64,000 nucleotides of DNA, taken from an uncultured Phycisphaerales bacterium (lineage in GTDB: Bacteria > Planctomycetota > Phycisphaerae > Tepidisphaerales > Tepidisphaeraceae). Of this stretch, positions 13,799 through 25,523 are shown one piece after another (position 1 is the first letter of the stretch; each line of letters opens with the position of its first letter). Made by a program: the position numbers and the translations under genes. The notes beneath the pieces were generated by a model, which was given only the letters and a program-made list of their open reading frames with translations, was not told where the DNA came from and searched no databases. Location of the stretch: NCBI GenBank assembly GCA_963844715.1, contig CAWJPJ010000008.1, positions 672,001-736,000 on the forward strand, written 5' to 3'.

Positions 13799-16700
13799 AT
13801 GCCGCCGACGGCGTTGATCGATTCCCTCAAGTCCGTGCGCGTGCCGCGTGCGCCGCCTCAGCGTTCTGCGGGGATTCGCTCTGGTCGTCTCCGCCGCGGC
13901 CGGGCTTCTCCTGTCGGTCGTCCTTCTAGATTATTTCCTGAATCTTGCCCCCATCCCGCGCGTCGTCATCATGATCGCCGCCGGCGTCGCGCTCATGACT
14001 GCAGTCGTCCGCTGGGTCGCCCGCCCGGCTGCCGCCCGCATGGGTCTTTCGGAAATCGCCGCGCGTCTCGAGGACGCCTTCCCCCAATTCGACGATCGCC
14101 TCCGCAGCGCCGTCGATTTCTCCAGTCAATCTTCCCCCGGCTCGCGCATCATGCAGGACCGCGTGATGAGTCAGGCCGCCGATCTGGCGCACCAGACCGA
14201 CCTGAATCAGCGCCGTCCTCACCAAACCCGTCTGGTATTCCCTCGCCGGAGCCGGCGGTTCGATCCTCGTCCTGGCGCTGCTCGGCCTGTTCATGGGCAG
14301 CGAATATCTCCTCCCCGCCATGTCCCGGCTTCTGACGCCATTTCAGGGTGCGGCCTGGCCGAAGCGCGTACAGATCATCATGGAAAGCACGCTCCCCGAT
14401 CGCGTTCCCGCCGGCCGGCAGATCGACGTCCGCATCCGTCTGACCAAAGGCGACAAACCCTCGCGCCAAGCCGAAGTCTGCTGGGATTGGGGCGATGGCC
14501 GAATCGAAAAAGAACTCATGACCCGCGGCCCCGACGGCATCTACACCGCGACCCTCGACTCCCACAGCCAGGGGGCCATGCGCGTCTGGACCGAAGCCGG
14601 TGACGACGCAACCGCGCCGCGCACGGTCACTGTCGTCGAGCCGCTCGGCATCAAGACGGTCCAGCTCATTGTCACGCCGCCGCCGTACACCGGGGAGTCT
14701 GCGTCGACGATCCAACTTGATTCAACCGCCGCCACAGTCACCTACGGCTCCAATCTCTCCCTTGTCGCCACATTCAACAAAAATATAGACCCCGCGCACC
14801 CGCTGGATGTTCTGCCCGGCCAGGGCGAGACAAAAATCCCGACCATCACCTGGGACCTGGCCGCAGGCCCGGAGGCGTCCGGAAAATGGATTGCCCGCGA
14901 CACCGTCGCCTTTGCTTTGCGCGCGGTTGACGCCGACGGCTTCGCCAACAACGACGCATCGGAATACCAGGTCATCGTCCGCGCCGACCAGCCCCCCGAT
15001 GTGCAGGTGACCTACCCCGAGCACAACGAGGAATGCACGCCGCAGGCGATCGTCCCCATCAAGGCCATCGCCGAGGACGATTTCGGAATCTCCTCTCTCC
15101 GTCTGGTCGTCATGCGCCTCGGCGACAATCCCCAGACTCTCGCTTCCGTCGATCTCGTCCAAAACGGCCAGCCCGCCGGCGGCGCATCCTGGAACTCCAT
15201 GGAAACCACCGGCGACATCCGCCGCTGGCAACTCGATTACCCCTGGGACCTCTCCAAAATCGAGCCGATCCTCAAGCCCGGCGATTTGATCGAATACCAC
15301 CTCGAAGTCACCGATAATTTTTCCTTCGAGGGAAAGACTCATCCCCCCGTCTCCAGTTCGCGCTTCCGCATCGCGATCGTCAGCCAGGACCAGTTCGCCT
15401 CGATCATGGGAGATTTGCTGGCTCAGGTCCGCCAGCAGGTCGTCGACGTCCGCAACAGCCAGCGGGCGATTAAGGAAGAGACCGCCGATTTGCAAAAGCA
15501 GTCCGCCGGCGAGAAGAAATTCACCCTTGCCGACCGCGCCCAGGCCGAGGCACTCGTCGCCACGCAAACCACCGCGGCGTCGCAAACGCGATCGGCGTCC
15601 GAGCGGCTCGGCGATCTCGTGCAGCGTATGGACGAAAATAAATCGACCGCCCAGGACCTGCGCTCGATGGCCGCAGACGTTCGCGACGCTCTCAGCGACA
15701 TCGCCGAGCATCCCATGAAGACCGCCGCGTCCAAAATCGACGACGCGAAGGACCTCACCGGGGACAATTCAAAAACCGCCGATGCCCGCTCTTCCGATCT
15801 CGACGCCGCCCAGGACCAGCAGGAAGACGCCGCGCGGAAGCTCGACGAAGCCGCCTCCCGCATGGGCGAAGCCGGCGGCTTGCCCAAGGAGATCGAGCAG
15901 CTTCAGGAAATTCTCGCCGAGCAATCCCGCATCAACCGCGCCAGTGACGACGTCGGCCTGCGAAATCTCGGCAAAACCCCCGACCAAATGAGCGATCAGG
16001 ATCGCGCCGAGCAGCAAAAGAACGCGGAGGATCAGAATTCCCTGGCCGACAAAGTCGACAAGGCGATCGACCAATTATCCGCTCTCTCCAAGCGCCTCGA
16101 GAAACCGACCCCGCCTCCTCCGCCGCCATGCAGCAGGCCGCCAAATCCGGACAGGATCAATCCGTCGCCTCGCAAATGCGCCAAAGTTCCCAGGCGCAAA
16201 AGCAAAACCAGCAATCCGCCGCCCAGCAGGCCCAGGCTCAGGCGCAAGTCGGCTTGCAAATGATGATCCGCGAACTCGAAGAGGCGCAGCGCCACAAGCT
16301 CGAGGAACTCTCCCGCCAACTGGCCGACATGCAGCAGCAAATTCAATCGCTTATTCGCCAGCAGGCCGGATTGAATTACCAGAACCTCGCCCTCCGCAAC
16401 GGCGACGTTCTGGCCAAGACCGATCCTAAAATCATCGATGATCTCCTCGAAAAGGCCCAGTGGACCCGAGGCCACGAACCCCCCGTCCCGGATCTCGACA
16501 CCCAAAGCCGCCTTCAGGAGCAGAATGAGCGGAACGCCCGCAGCGTCGGTCAAGCCGCCGAATCGCTGCCGGATGGGGCGTCCCTGGCCGTCGGGCTCGA
16601 TCGCGCCGCTCAGCAGATGAGCCGGGCCATTTCCTTCCTGCGCGACGACTCGGTTTCCGACACCGAGCGCCTCTCCAGCGCTTACGATCCTCCGCAGATC

Positions 16701-18005
16701 GAAGCCCTCGCCGCGCTCGTCAAGACCGCCGCCGATCTCGACGAGCAGATGCGCAAGAACAACGACCAGCTCAATCAGCAAAAGAAAGACACCCTGCGCG
16801 CCGCGTACGAAAAGATTCTCGCCTCTCAGAAGAAAATCGACGGCGACACCAAGACTCTCGACCAGGCCCCGCGCACGCCCGACGGGCAGCTTTCCCATCG
16901 TGATTCCATACGCCTGCGCCAGCTCCCCGGCGAGCAGGGCGATCTGGCCGACATCACCGCCAAGATGCAGGGCGATCTCGAAGCCCTCGGCGGCATCGTC
17001 TATGTCTGGGCCAATAGCGACATCGTCGACGCCATGCGCGATGTGCAAACCGATCTCGTCGCCGGCAAGACCGACGCGGTCACGCAATCCGAACAGCAGC
17101 GCATCGAGGATCAGATCGTCGCCATGATCGAAAGCCTCAAGGTCAAGCCCAAGCAAAGCCAGTTCGCCCGCGGGCACAATTCCGGAGCCGGCGGCCGCGG
17201 CGGGCAAGGCGGCGCGCCGCCTCTCCCCCCCGAAGCCGAGCTCCGTCTCCTCAAGCGACTTCAGGAAGCGATCAATAAATCCACCGTCACCCTCAGCGCC
17301 CAGCCGATTCCCCCGGATTCAAAACTCGTCGCCCTCGGCGAGCGCCAAGGCGAGCTGCGCACGCTCCTCGGCAAACTCCTCGACCAGGCCACCCACAACC
17401 AGATGACCGTCGGCCCCGAAGCCGATCCCAAGCAAAAACTCCCCGAGGAGGCCAGCGACGAGGACATCGACAACCAGGAACTCGAGCACGTCCTGCTCAA
17501 CGGCGACGGCCAGCCCGATCCCGATCAAGTCAAAAACGACGTTGCCCTCGTCGGCCAGCGCATGAGCCGCTCCCATCAGCGCCTCGCCGACGATCACGAT
17601 CCCGGCCAGACCACCCAGAAAATCCAAAAGCGCATTTTGGACAACCTGGATTCCCTCATCGAAATGGCCCGAGCCGAACAATCCGAACCCAAGCCCGGCC
17701 AGGGCCAGCCCTCCCAGGCCACCGACCCCACCCAGGGCCTCCAGCCCGACAACCAATCCACCTCGCGCCAGCCTCCCCAGCAGATCACCGGCACCACGCC
17801 CGCCTCCGTCGCCACCAACAACCGCGACGTGGACACGACCGGCACCCCCACAACCGACATCACGCAAACCCTCAAGGAATGGGGCGCGCTGTCCCCGCGC
17901 AAGCGCGCCGCCGTCATCGAAGCCGCCACGGAAAAACCCATTGAAAAATTCCGCGGCCTGATCGACGATTACTATCGAGCGTTGGGAACCAAGACGGGCG
18001 AGTAG
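13799..18005 (+). CDS. Large membrane-anchored protein with Ig-like domains and a long Gln-rich coiled coil, DUF4175-like (several frameshifts)
   Basis: Joined ORFs 13799/13848/14293/16128; N-terminal TMs; DRL.SAVDF; D.PP.V; A.DDFGI; C-terminal WG.L..R...YYRAL. Confidence 0.72.
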
Positions 18006-18017
18006 GGCGGCGGCGTC

Positions 18018-18207
18018 AAACCCGAAACCAGAATGACGAATGACGAATCAAACCAGAATGCCCCAATGACGAATGACCGAATCGCAACGCAACGTTTTTT
18101 CGTCATTTGGTCATTCGGATTTGTCGCCACGGCGACTCGCCTGCGGAGAGATTCGTCCCGCCACGGCGGATGCTGGCGCACATTCTGGTTTCGGGTTTCG
18201 GGTTTCC
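18018..18207. repeat. Heptamer-periodic palindromic element (family B)
   Basis: AAACCCGAAACCAGAATGACGAATGACGAATC... mirrored by TTCGTCATTTGGTCATTCGG and TTCTGGTTTCGGGTTTCGGGTTTC. Confidence 0.8.
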
Positions 18208-19274
18208 GCGCGCTACTGCTGTTCTTAGCTCCATGCATTCTCCTCCCGCGCACCGCCCTCGCCCAACAATCCCCCCCGCGCGGTCTTGCCGCGACTCCCA
18301 GTCAGGTCAACGGCAACGAAATCACCACCGACCAGCAGCACGCCGTCACTCGCGGCCTCGACTTTCTCGCCTCCCGTCAGGCTCCCGACGGCTCCTACGG
18401 CGGCGGGGGGGGTTACGGCGCAACCGCCGCCATCACTTCCCTCGCCGGGCTTGCCTTCATGGCCGATGGCAATCTCCCCGGTCGCGGCAAATACGGCGAC
18501 ATCGTGCGAAAAGCCGAGGAATTCGTCATCCACAATCAGCAGGAATCCGGTTTGTTTACCGCTAGCGCCACCCAGGGCGAAATGTACTCCCACGGTTTCT
18601 CCACTCTCTTCATCGCCGAAATCTACGGCATGACCGGCGACGACGACGTCAAGGAACATCTCCAAAAAGCCGTCCGACTCATCGAACGCTGCCAAAATTC
18701 TGAAGGCGGCTGGCGCTACCAGCCCGCCCCCGTTGACGCCGATATCTCCGTCACCATCTGCCAGGTCATGGCTCTCCGCGCCGCCCGCGACGCGGGCATC
18801 AAGGTTGACGCCGATGTCGTCCAGAAAGCCATCGGCTACGTCCGCCGCTGCCAGAATTCCGACGGCGGTTTCAGCTACCAGGCCCACGGCGGCGAAAGCG
18901 GCTTCGCTCGCACCGCCGCCGGAACCGCCGCCCTCTATTACGCCGGCGTCTTCCAGGACAACGCCGTCACCCGAGGCCTCGACTATCTCTCAAGATCCAT
19001 CCCCACCCCAGACCAGCCCGGCCCCGAAGACCGCGGCAACTTCTTCTTCTACGGCAACTACTACGCCGTCCAGGCCATGTTCCTCGCGGGCGGAAAATAC
19101 TGGCAGGACTGGTACCCCGGCATCCGCGACGTGCTGATTGCCCGCCAATCCCCCGACTCCGGCTCCTGGGAAGGAGAAGTCGACGCCGACTATTGCACCG
19201 CCATGGCCTTGATTATATTACAAATGCCCAACAGGTATTTGCCCGTCTTCAACGGCAAAGGCCCCGGAAGCTGA
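18033..19274 (+). CDS. Secreted prenyltransferase/squalene-cyclase (QW) repeat protein; start uncertain
   Basis: Repeated L...Q..DG[SG][WFY] motifs (RQAPDGSY, CQNSEGGWRY, CQNSDGGFSY); signal peptide ending TALAQ; FFYGNYYAVQAM. Confidence 0.85.
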   Translation: MTNDESNQNAPMTNDRIATQRFFVIWSFGFVATATRLRRDSSRHGGCWRTFWFRVSGFRALLLFLAPCILLPRTALAQQSPPRGLAATPSQVNGNEITTDQQHAVTRGLDFLASRQAPDGSYGGGGGYGATAAITSLAGLAFMADGNLPGRGKYGDIVRKAEEFVIHNQQESGLFTASATQGEMYSHGFSTLFIAEIYGMTGDDDVKEHLQKAVRLIERCQNSEGGWRYQPAPVDADISVTICQVMALRAARDAGIKVDADVVQKAIGYVRRCQNSDGGFSYQAHGGESGFARTAAGTAALYYAGVFQDNAVTRGLDYLSRSIPTPDQPGPEDRGNFFFYGNYYAVQAMFLAGGKYWQDWYPGIRDVLIARQSPDSGSWEGEVDADYCTAMALIILQMPNRYLPVFNGKGPGS

Positions 19275-19354
19275 CCCCCAATTGCTTCCTCCTGTATATT
19301 TAGCGGCGGTCGCCGCCGCGACCGCATTCGAATAGCGAAACCCCGCGTGTCCCC

Positions 19355-20513
19355 ATGCGAACCACCACAACCCTCTTCCTCCTAACTCTGCTAGTCCTGA
19401 CGGCCCCCTGCTGGGCCCAGCAATCCTGGACCCTAACCAACGCGCACCTGACTCTCTCCCAAATCCAAACCACGCAAATCACCCCCGACACCATCACCAC
19501 CGCGAATTCCCAAATCCCCTGGACCCAAACCCTCGAACTCTCGCGCAACATCGACCCCGCCACCCCCGAACCCTATGAAATTTTCCTCGCCGGCGGCGAC
19601 CACATCTTCGGCACCGCCGCCGGAGTCTTCGGCGAAAAAATCATCTGGAAAAATTCCTTCCTGGGCTCTCTCAATCTCACCCTCGATAACGTCGCGGCAA
19701 TCGTCCGAGGCTCCGCCTCCGCGGGCGACCTTTCCGCGCCGCGCACCGACGACGTCGTCCATCTCTCCAACGGCGACACCGCCCACGGCGTCGTCACCAA
19801 CGTCTGCGCCCCTGGGCGTCACCCTCCAAACCGGCGCCGACGCCACCACCAACACCACCCTCCCCTGGATGACCGTCAATTCCGTCCTCTTCTCCTCCTC
19901 CCCCCAGCCTCCCCCGGCCGCCCGAATGTTCCGCGTCCATCTCTCCGACGGTTCCGCCATTTCCATCCCCGCCGTCAGCGAGAGCGCCGACAAAATCAAC
20001 CTCACGCTCTCGGATCAAACCGTCCGCCCCATCGACCCCGCCGCCGTCGCGACCATCGAGCAAATCAACGGCCCCCTAACCTGGCTAACCGATCTCACCC
20101 CCGCCGAGAACATTTATAAACCCTATTTCAACGAATGGTTCCCCGCCCGCTTCGACGAAACCGTCGCCGACAACAAACCCATCGGCCAAAAATACCCGGG
20201 CTTCCACCACGGGATAGGCTGCCACGCCTACAGCCGAATCTCCTACGCCCTCACCGGCCAATACGCCGCCTTCCGAACCCAATTCGCCGTGGATTCCGAC
20301 TCCTCCCTGGCCGACGTAACGGTCAGAATTCTTCTCGATGGCAAACCCGCGCTGGAAGAGAAGAACATCAAAGCCGGCCAAATCTACCCGGTGGTCACGA
20401 TCCCCCTGGGCACAGCCAAAACCCTCTCGCTGGAAGTAGATTACGGCCAAAACTTCGCCACCCAAGCCCGCTTCGTCTGGCTAGACCCGGCACTCCTCCG
20501 CGCAGCGCAATAA
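19355..20513 (+). CDS. Secreted protein with C-terminal NPCBM/NEW2-like domain (frameshift near 19810)
   Basis: Signal peptide; L..GD..G repeats; WLTDL.P; GIG.HA.S.I.Y.L; L.L.VDYG...W.DP.L. Confidence 0.75.
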
Positions 20514-20600
20514 TTTATCCCCTCTCCCCATGTAATCATCCGATCGCCAGACGCGGTTTGCTCTGGAGGCTGTTGGGAACGCTCGTGAAATTCCAAGGCC

Positions 20601-20876
20601 AATGCAATGCGGGAGGGAAGGGGCGAACCACATCCGGCCCCAAGAGTTTCGCCCCTTCCCTCCCGCACCCACCCATCCCCACTCCTTTTCCCCTCACCGT
20701 CCGGAGGCAAAGAGAAAGCCGGACCCTTGTGAGCTCGACTGCCCCGGCGAGGCACGGCTGCCCTTTTCGCATTTGGGGTCTTGGACGGCTTGAGGGGAAA
20801 AGGAAGGGAGTGGGGTGCGGGGGCGAGGGAAACCTTTTGGGGCCTGATATGGTTTCCCTCGCCCCCGCATTGCATT
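20601..20876. repeat. Large imperfect inverted-repeat element (~100 bp arms, each with an internal hairpin)
   Basis: 20601-20702 is approximately the reverse complement of 20783-20876. A truncated family-A half copy lies just upstream (20518-20539). Confidence 0.7.
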
Positions 20877-21014
20877 TTGCATTTCATCGCGCGCCGATCT
20901 GCGCCGGAAGTTCGGAAGGCCATCGTCCCCAAGGAAGAAACCACGAATCCCGCCCAGCATGCCAGATAAACTGCGGAAATCCTGAAAACCCCCTCGACGA
21001 CCCCACCCACCGGA

Positions 21015-23086
21015 TCAACCCCGCGCGGTCGCCGCGTCGCACCACTCCCCCCACATCATTCGATACGCCCCTTCAACTCCCGCCGCAAATCTCTTCCCAT
21101 CGCACAATGGCGACCCCATCATCCGCCCCCTCAGCGTCCGCCGAAGTTCCCCCAATCGCCCCAAATCGTTCGCCAGTTCAGTGACGATTCGCACATACTC
21201 CTCCTCGGTCCGCGCAATCAATTCCCCCAGTCTCAGATTGCTCAACTGGCTCAACCCCGCGCGCCCGACAACCGTCTTTCCCACCAGCGTCACCACCGGG
21301 ACCCCCATCCACATCGCATCCAGACTCGTGGTATGCCCGTTATAAGGAACCGTCTCCAGACAAACATCGATTCGGTAATAAGTCCGCAGATACCCGTCGC
21401 GCGGCTGAAGCTCCACAAACTCCACGCCGCCCCCCGTCCACCCCCAGCCGCTCAATCACCCGCCTCCGCGGCTCCCCGCGCGGCGCCAGCAAAATCAGCC
21501 GCGACGTCGGCGCCGCTTTCAACACCGCCGCCCAAACCGCCAGGCTCTCATTCGATATCTTGCAAAAGTTGTTCAAGCAACCAAACGTGATAAACCCATT
21601 CCGCGAAGCCGGGGGTGCTCGCGCCCGGATCATCGCTCAAAGCGCCATAACACCAAAACGTCTGAGGCAGTCGCACCGACTTCTCCGCATACCGCCCCTC
21701 ATGCTCCCCCGGCGGATCCAAATAAGGATCCGTCAACCGATAATCCATCGCCCCCATCCCGGTGGTCCCGGGATAAGCCAGCCAGGCCACCTGCACCGGC
21801 GCCGGCTTGCGCAAAAACCAGCGGCCGTCCCCCCGCCATGTGCATCGCCAGGTCCACCAGAATATCGATCCCATCCTCCCGAACCCGCGCATCCACTTCC
21901 TCATCGGTGAGCCCCACCGTGCTCCGCCAGGCATCGCAAAACGTGCGAATCCGCCCGGTCACTTCATCCTCTTTCGTCACGCCAGAATAAGCGTAAATCT
22001 CAAATCGCTCGTGATCGTGATGACTCAGCAAAGGAATCGTGAAGAGCGATTGGCAATGTTCTCGAAAATCCCCGGAAACATACCCGATCCTCAGCCGGCG
22101 ATTTGTGTCCCGCTTGTTCGAGTAGGTTCGATCCATTCGCCTCAATGGCGCCGCGCATTGTTCACTCCACTTCCGATGCTCCTCGAATATTTCCTCAGCC
22201 CTAAACCCAGGATGAAATTGCAGCGCAAAGAGAAGATTGCTGTGCGCATCCTGAAAATCAGGATTGATCGCCACGGCTTTCCGAAACGCCTCAATCGCCT
22301 CCCCGACGCGCCCCTCGTCTTTCAGCGCGCTCCCCAGATTGCTATGCGCCCGCGCATAATCCGGCCGCAGCGCAATCGCCTCGCGATACGCGGCCACCGC
22401 CTCCTCCAATCGTCCACCTTCCTTCAATGCCGTGCCCAAATTATTCCGCGCCTCCGGCATCCGGGGCGCCAGTTCAATCGCCCGCGCATACGCTCCCAGC
22501 GCCTCCTCGAGCTCTCCCTTGTCGCGCAAAGCGTTCCCCAGATTGCAATACGCCTCCGCATACTCAGGCGAAATCGCAATCGCCTGCCGAAACGCCCCGG
22601 CAGCCTCCTCAATCCGCCCCCGATCCCGAAGCGCGATTCCCCAGATTATTATGAGCCTCCGCAAACCCCGCCCGCCGCTCAATCGCCCCGCGATACGCGT
22701 TGATCGCCTCGTCCAATTTCCCCCGCTCTCGAAGCGCATTCCCCAGTCCGTTAAAAGCCTCCGGAAAATCGCCCTTCAAACGAATCGCCTCGCGATAAGC
22801 CGCAGCCGCCTCGTCTAGTTTCCCGGCACCCCGCAGCGCGTTCCCTAGATTGCAATGCGCTTCCGCATACTGAGGCTGAAAGCGCAATCGCCTTGGCGAT
22901 CAGTTCAATCGCCACATCGACGTCCCCCCTCTGAAGCGCAATCAACCCCAAATGATGCACCGCCCCCGCATGCGTTGGCTCCTGAGCCAGAATTTCCCGA
23001 TAAATCCCCTCCGCCTCGGCCAATTCCCCGGCCTGGTGATGCCGCACGGCCAATTCAAACGCCCGTTGGATCGAGGAATCAACCAT
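21015..23086 (-). CDS. TPR-containing O-GlcNAc transferase, SPINDLY/GT41 family (several frameshifts)
   Basis: Multiple TPRs (AEAHCNLGNAL); RLRIGYVSGDFREH; IDILVDL; PAPVQVAWLAYPGTTG; FGCLNNFCKI; PYNGHTTSLDAMWMGVPVVTL. Confidence 0.9.
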
Positions 23087-23155
23087 GCAACCTATCGCAA
23101 CTATCCCGCCCATGTCCCGCGACCGCAAGCCAAAATGCTTACCCGTTCCCACATC

Positions 23156-23188
23156 CCGCGAAGCCGGTAGTGCTCGCACCACCGGACC
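23156..23188 (+). repeat. Family-C short REP, copy 1 of 4
   Basis: CCCGCGAAGCCGGTAGTGCTCGCACCACCGGACC; related copies start near 24018, 25548 and 25690. Confidence 0.75.
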
Positions 23189-23209
23189 ATGAAAGGCAAA
23201 GAATATTCA

Positions 23210-23294
23210 GCCACAGATAAAAATCAGATTCACACAGATAAAATTTCCCCATGGCAACTCATTCCATCCGTGATCATCGGTCCCCATCCGTGGC
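23210..23294. repeat. Palindromic element with (CA)CAGAT-type subrepeats (family D)
   Basis: GCCACAGAT..CAGAT..CACAGAT ... ATCCGTG..ATCGGT..ATCCGTGGC. Confidence 0.6.
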
Positions 23295-23336
23295 AAAAAT
23301 CCCGTCCCCTCTTCCCGCGCCTAATATATATTCCAC

Positions 23337-23639
23337 ATGCCCACCCCCCTGAACATCGCCGCCACATGCAACCTCCCGCCGGCGCAGCTTACCTCCCGCC
23401 GCGACGAGCTGATCCCCTTCTTCAAATCCGCGCAGCGAATAGATGACCTCCCCAACGGCCTCCGCTTCCACTTCACCCCGCGCCCCGGCCTCCTCGCCGA
23501 ACTGGCCCGCATCATGGACCAGGAAAAAGACTGCTGCACCTTCCTCCGCATGCAACTAACCTTCGAGCCGAGCCAAGGAACAATCCTCTTCGAACTCACT
23601 GGCCCGCCGGGCGCTGTGGAAACGCCGCGTTTGGAATAG
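23337..23639 (+). CDS. Small hypothetical protein with C.L and E..CC.F motifs, possibly metal-related
   Basis: ATCNL...R; GLRFHF; EKDCCTFL; LTGPPG. Confidence 0.65.
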   Translation: MPTPLNIAATCNLPPAQLTSRRDELIPFFKSAQRIDDLPNGLRFHFTPRPGLLAELARIMDQEKDCCTFLRMQLTFEPSQGTILFELTGPPGAVETPRLE

Positions 23640-23704
23640 AATTTGTCCGTGCAAAGGGTCTCCGCAGATTGTCACCCCCGACCTGATGATCGTGGAGAAT
23701 AGTC

Positions 23705-23908
23705 ATGAGTGACTCCTCAAATCAGCCCTCGACTTCCGTAGACGACGTCCGCCGCGTCCGCGAGCGGATCGCCCTCCACCACGGCGGAAATCTTCGCCAA
23801 CACCGCGAGGAGACCAACCGAATTTTCGAGGAACTGCGCCACAAGCTGAATCTAAAGCTCGCCGAACCCCCCGACCCGCCGCCTCACCGCAATACGATCG
23901 CGGGATGA
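23705..23908 (+). CDS. Small hypothetical protein
   Basis: GGAG RBS; amphipathic VDDVRRVRERI helix. Confidence 0.5.
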   Translation: MSDSSNQPSTSVDDVRRVRERIALHHGGNLRQHREETNRIFEELRHKLNLKLAEPPDPPPHRNTIAG

Positions 23909-24115
23909 TCAACTCAATTCCCATGCGCCGACCCATAAATGATCGGGACTAAATCCCTCTCGTTTATTTCACGCGCGAGATCCACGCCTTCATGGTGATT
24001 TAACCCCCGCCAATCCTCCCCGCGAAGCCGACGCCCCTCGCACCGCCGGATCCCCACCAGCAACCAGCAGCTAGAAACAAGAAATACGGATTGTGGTTGA
24101 TATCCGCGCACATTT

Positions 24116-24210
24116 TCCCCTCCCTCGGTACTCCGGGGGAGGGTTAGGGAGGGGGCGGGGGCGCGATTTAAGTACGATCCGTAAAACTAGAAACTAGAAA
24201 CCAGCAACTA
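24116..24210 (+). repeat. Family-A REP followed by heptamer repeats (AACTAGA/AACCAGC)
   Basis: CCCTCCCTCGGTACTCCGGGGGAGGGTTAGGGAGGGGG ... AAACTAGAAACTAGAAACCAGCAACTA. Confidence 0.7.
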
Positions 24211-24214
24211 TTCT

Positions 24215-25523
24215 TCAATATTCCCCCACCTCAATCCGATCCACGAACGCCCGCCCAAACGCCAGATTCGCGACCCACCCAATCGCCATCGTCTTCATGA
24301 TCTGGTTCCGCACGAAGAGTCCCGCCGCCGTCTTTGGCGCAAACGCCGGCCCGAACCGCGCCGCCGCCTTCTGCTTCTTGGCCACGAACGGCCCGAAAAT
24401 TTCCTGATACCGCGCAAACGCCCGCGAATAGTCGCCGTTTCCGCGGTCTAACTGCGATTCTCGCTGAATCCCGCCGCACTCGATTTCCCCCTCCTCCGGT
24501 ACCCCCGGGGAGGGTTGGGGAGGGGGCCGGCTCGGGGGCGTGCGCGTCACCCATGCACGGTTGCCGTAATTCCCCGGCCAGAATATACGCTGCGATCATC
24601 GCCAGCGCCGACCCCTGCCCGCCCAGCAGTGAGACGCACGACGCCGCATCCCCGACCAGCGCCACCCGCCCATTCGCCCACGACTCCCCCGGCGGACTCA
24701 TCCGTATCTGACTGACCCGATCAAAATAAAGTTCGTCGCTCGCGTCCAGCGCCTCCAGAATCCGCGGGCACTCCCATCCGCTCTTTCCAAATCGCGAATG
24801 CAAAATCGCCTTCTGCCCGCTGGCGTCCTGTTCCCCAACCCGCTCCATCTCATCGTCGGCGAACACAAACAAAAACATCGTCCGATCATCGCGCAGAGTA
24901 AACCGCCCGACCATCTGTCCCACCTCCGTATAAGTCACATAAACCAGTTCATCCCGCGGCCGGTACCCCGCAACCTCGAACGCCGCGACCTTGTATCCCA
25001 TGTACTTTTCAAACTGCCTTTCCGCCCCAAACACCAATTCCCGCACGCGCGAGTGCAGCCCATCCGCCCCGATGACCAGATCAAATTCGCCGCGTTCCCC
25101 GCGCCTCGAACGTCACCCGCACCCCGTTTTCGTTCTGTTCGATTTGATTGATGCTGCTGCCGAAGATCGTTTCGACCTTCCCGTCGATCGTGCCAAAGAT
25201 CAAAGCCGCCAGGTCCCCGCGCCGATGCTGACGTAACGCCCGCGAATCGCCCGCGTGAAGGCATCCACCGCAAACCCCGAAATCCGCCGCCCCGTCTCGT
25301 CCACCGCCCACAATTCCTTCACGATATAACCGAGCCGAAGAATTTCCGCCCCAAGCCCCATCCGCTGGGCGATATCGAATCCAGCCCCCCAAAAGTCGAT
25401 GACATACCCGCCGGTTCGCAAAGCCGGCGACCGCTCGACAATCGTCGGCTCAAATCCATACCGCAAAAGCCAATAAGCCAGCGTCGGCCCGGCAATCCCC
25501 GCGCCGGAAATTAAGATCTTCAT
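24215..25523 (-). CDS. FAD-dependent monooxygenase/oxidoreductase with frameshifts and a 118-bp repeat insertion; possibly a pseudogene
   Basis: KILISGAGIAG; ADG.HS.VR region; GRVALVGDAA; GQGSALA; LAGEL interrupted before DRGNGDY. Confidence 0.82.

Noticed and set aside
18033..19274. Squalene-hopene cyclase
   Set aside because: Too short, carries a signal peptide and lacks the DXDD motif. Only the QW-type repeats are shared.
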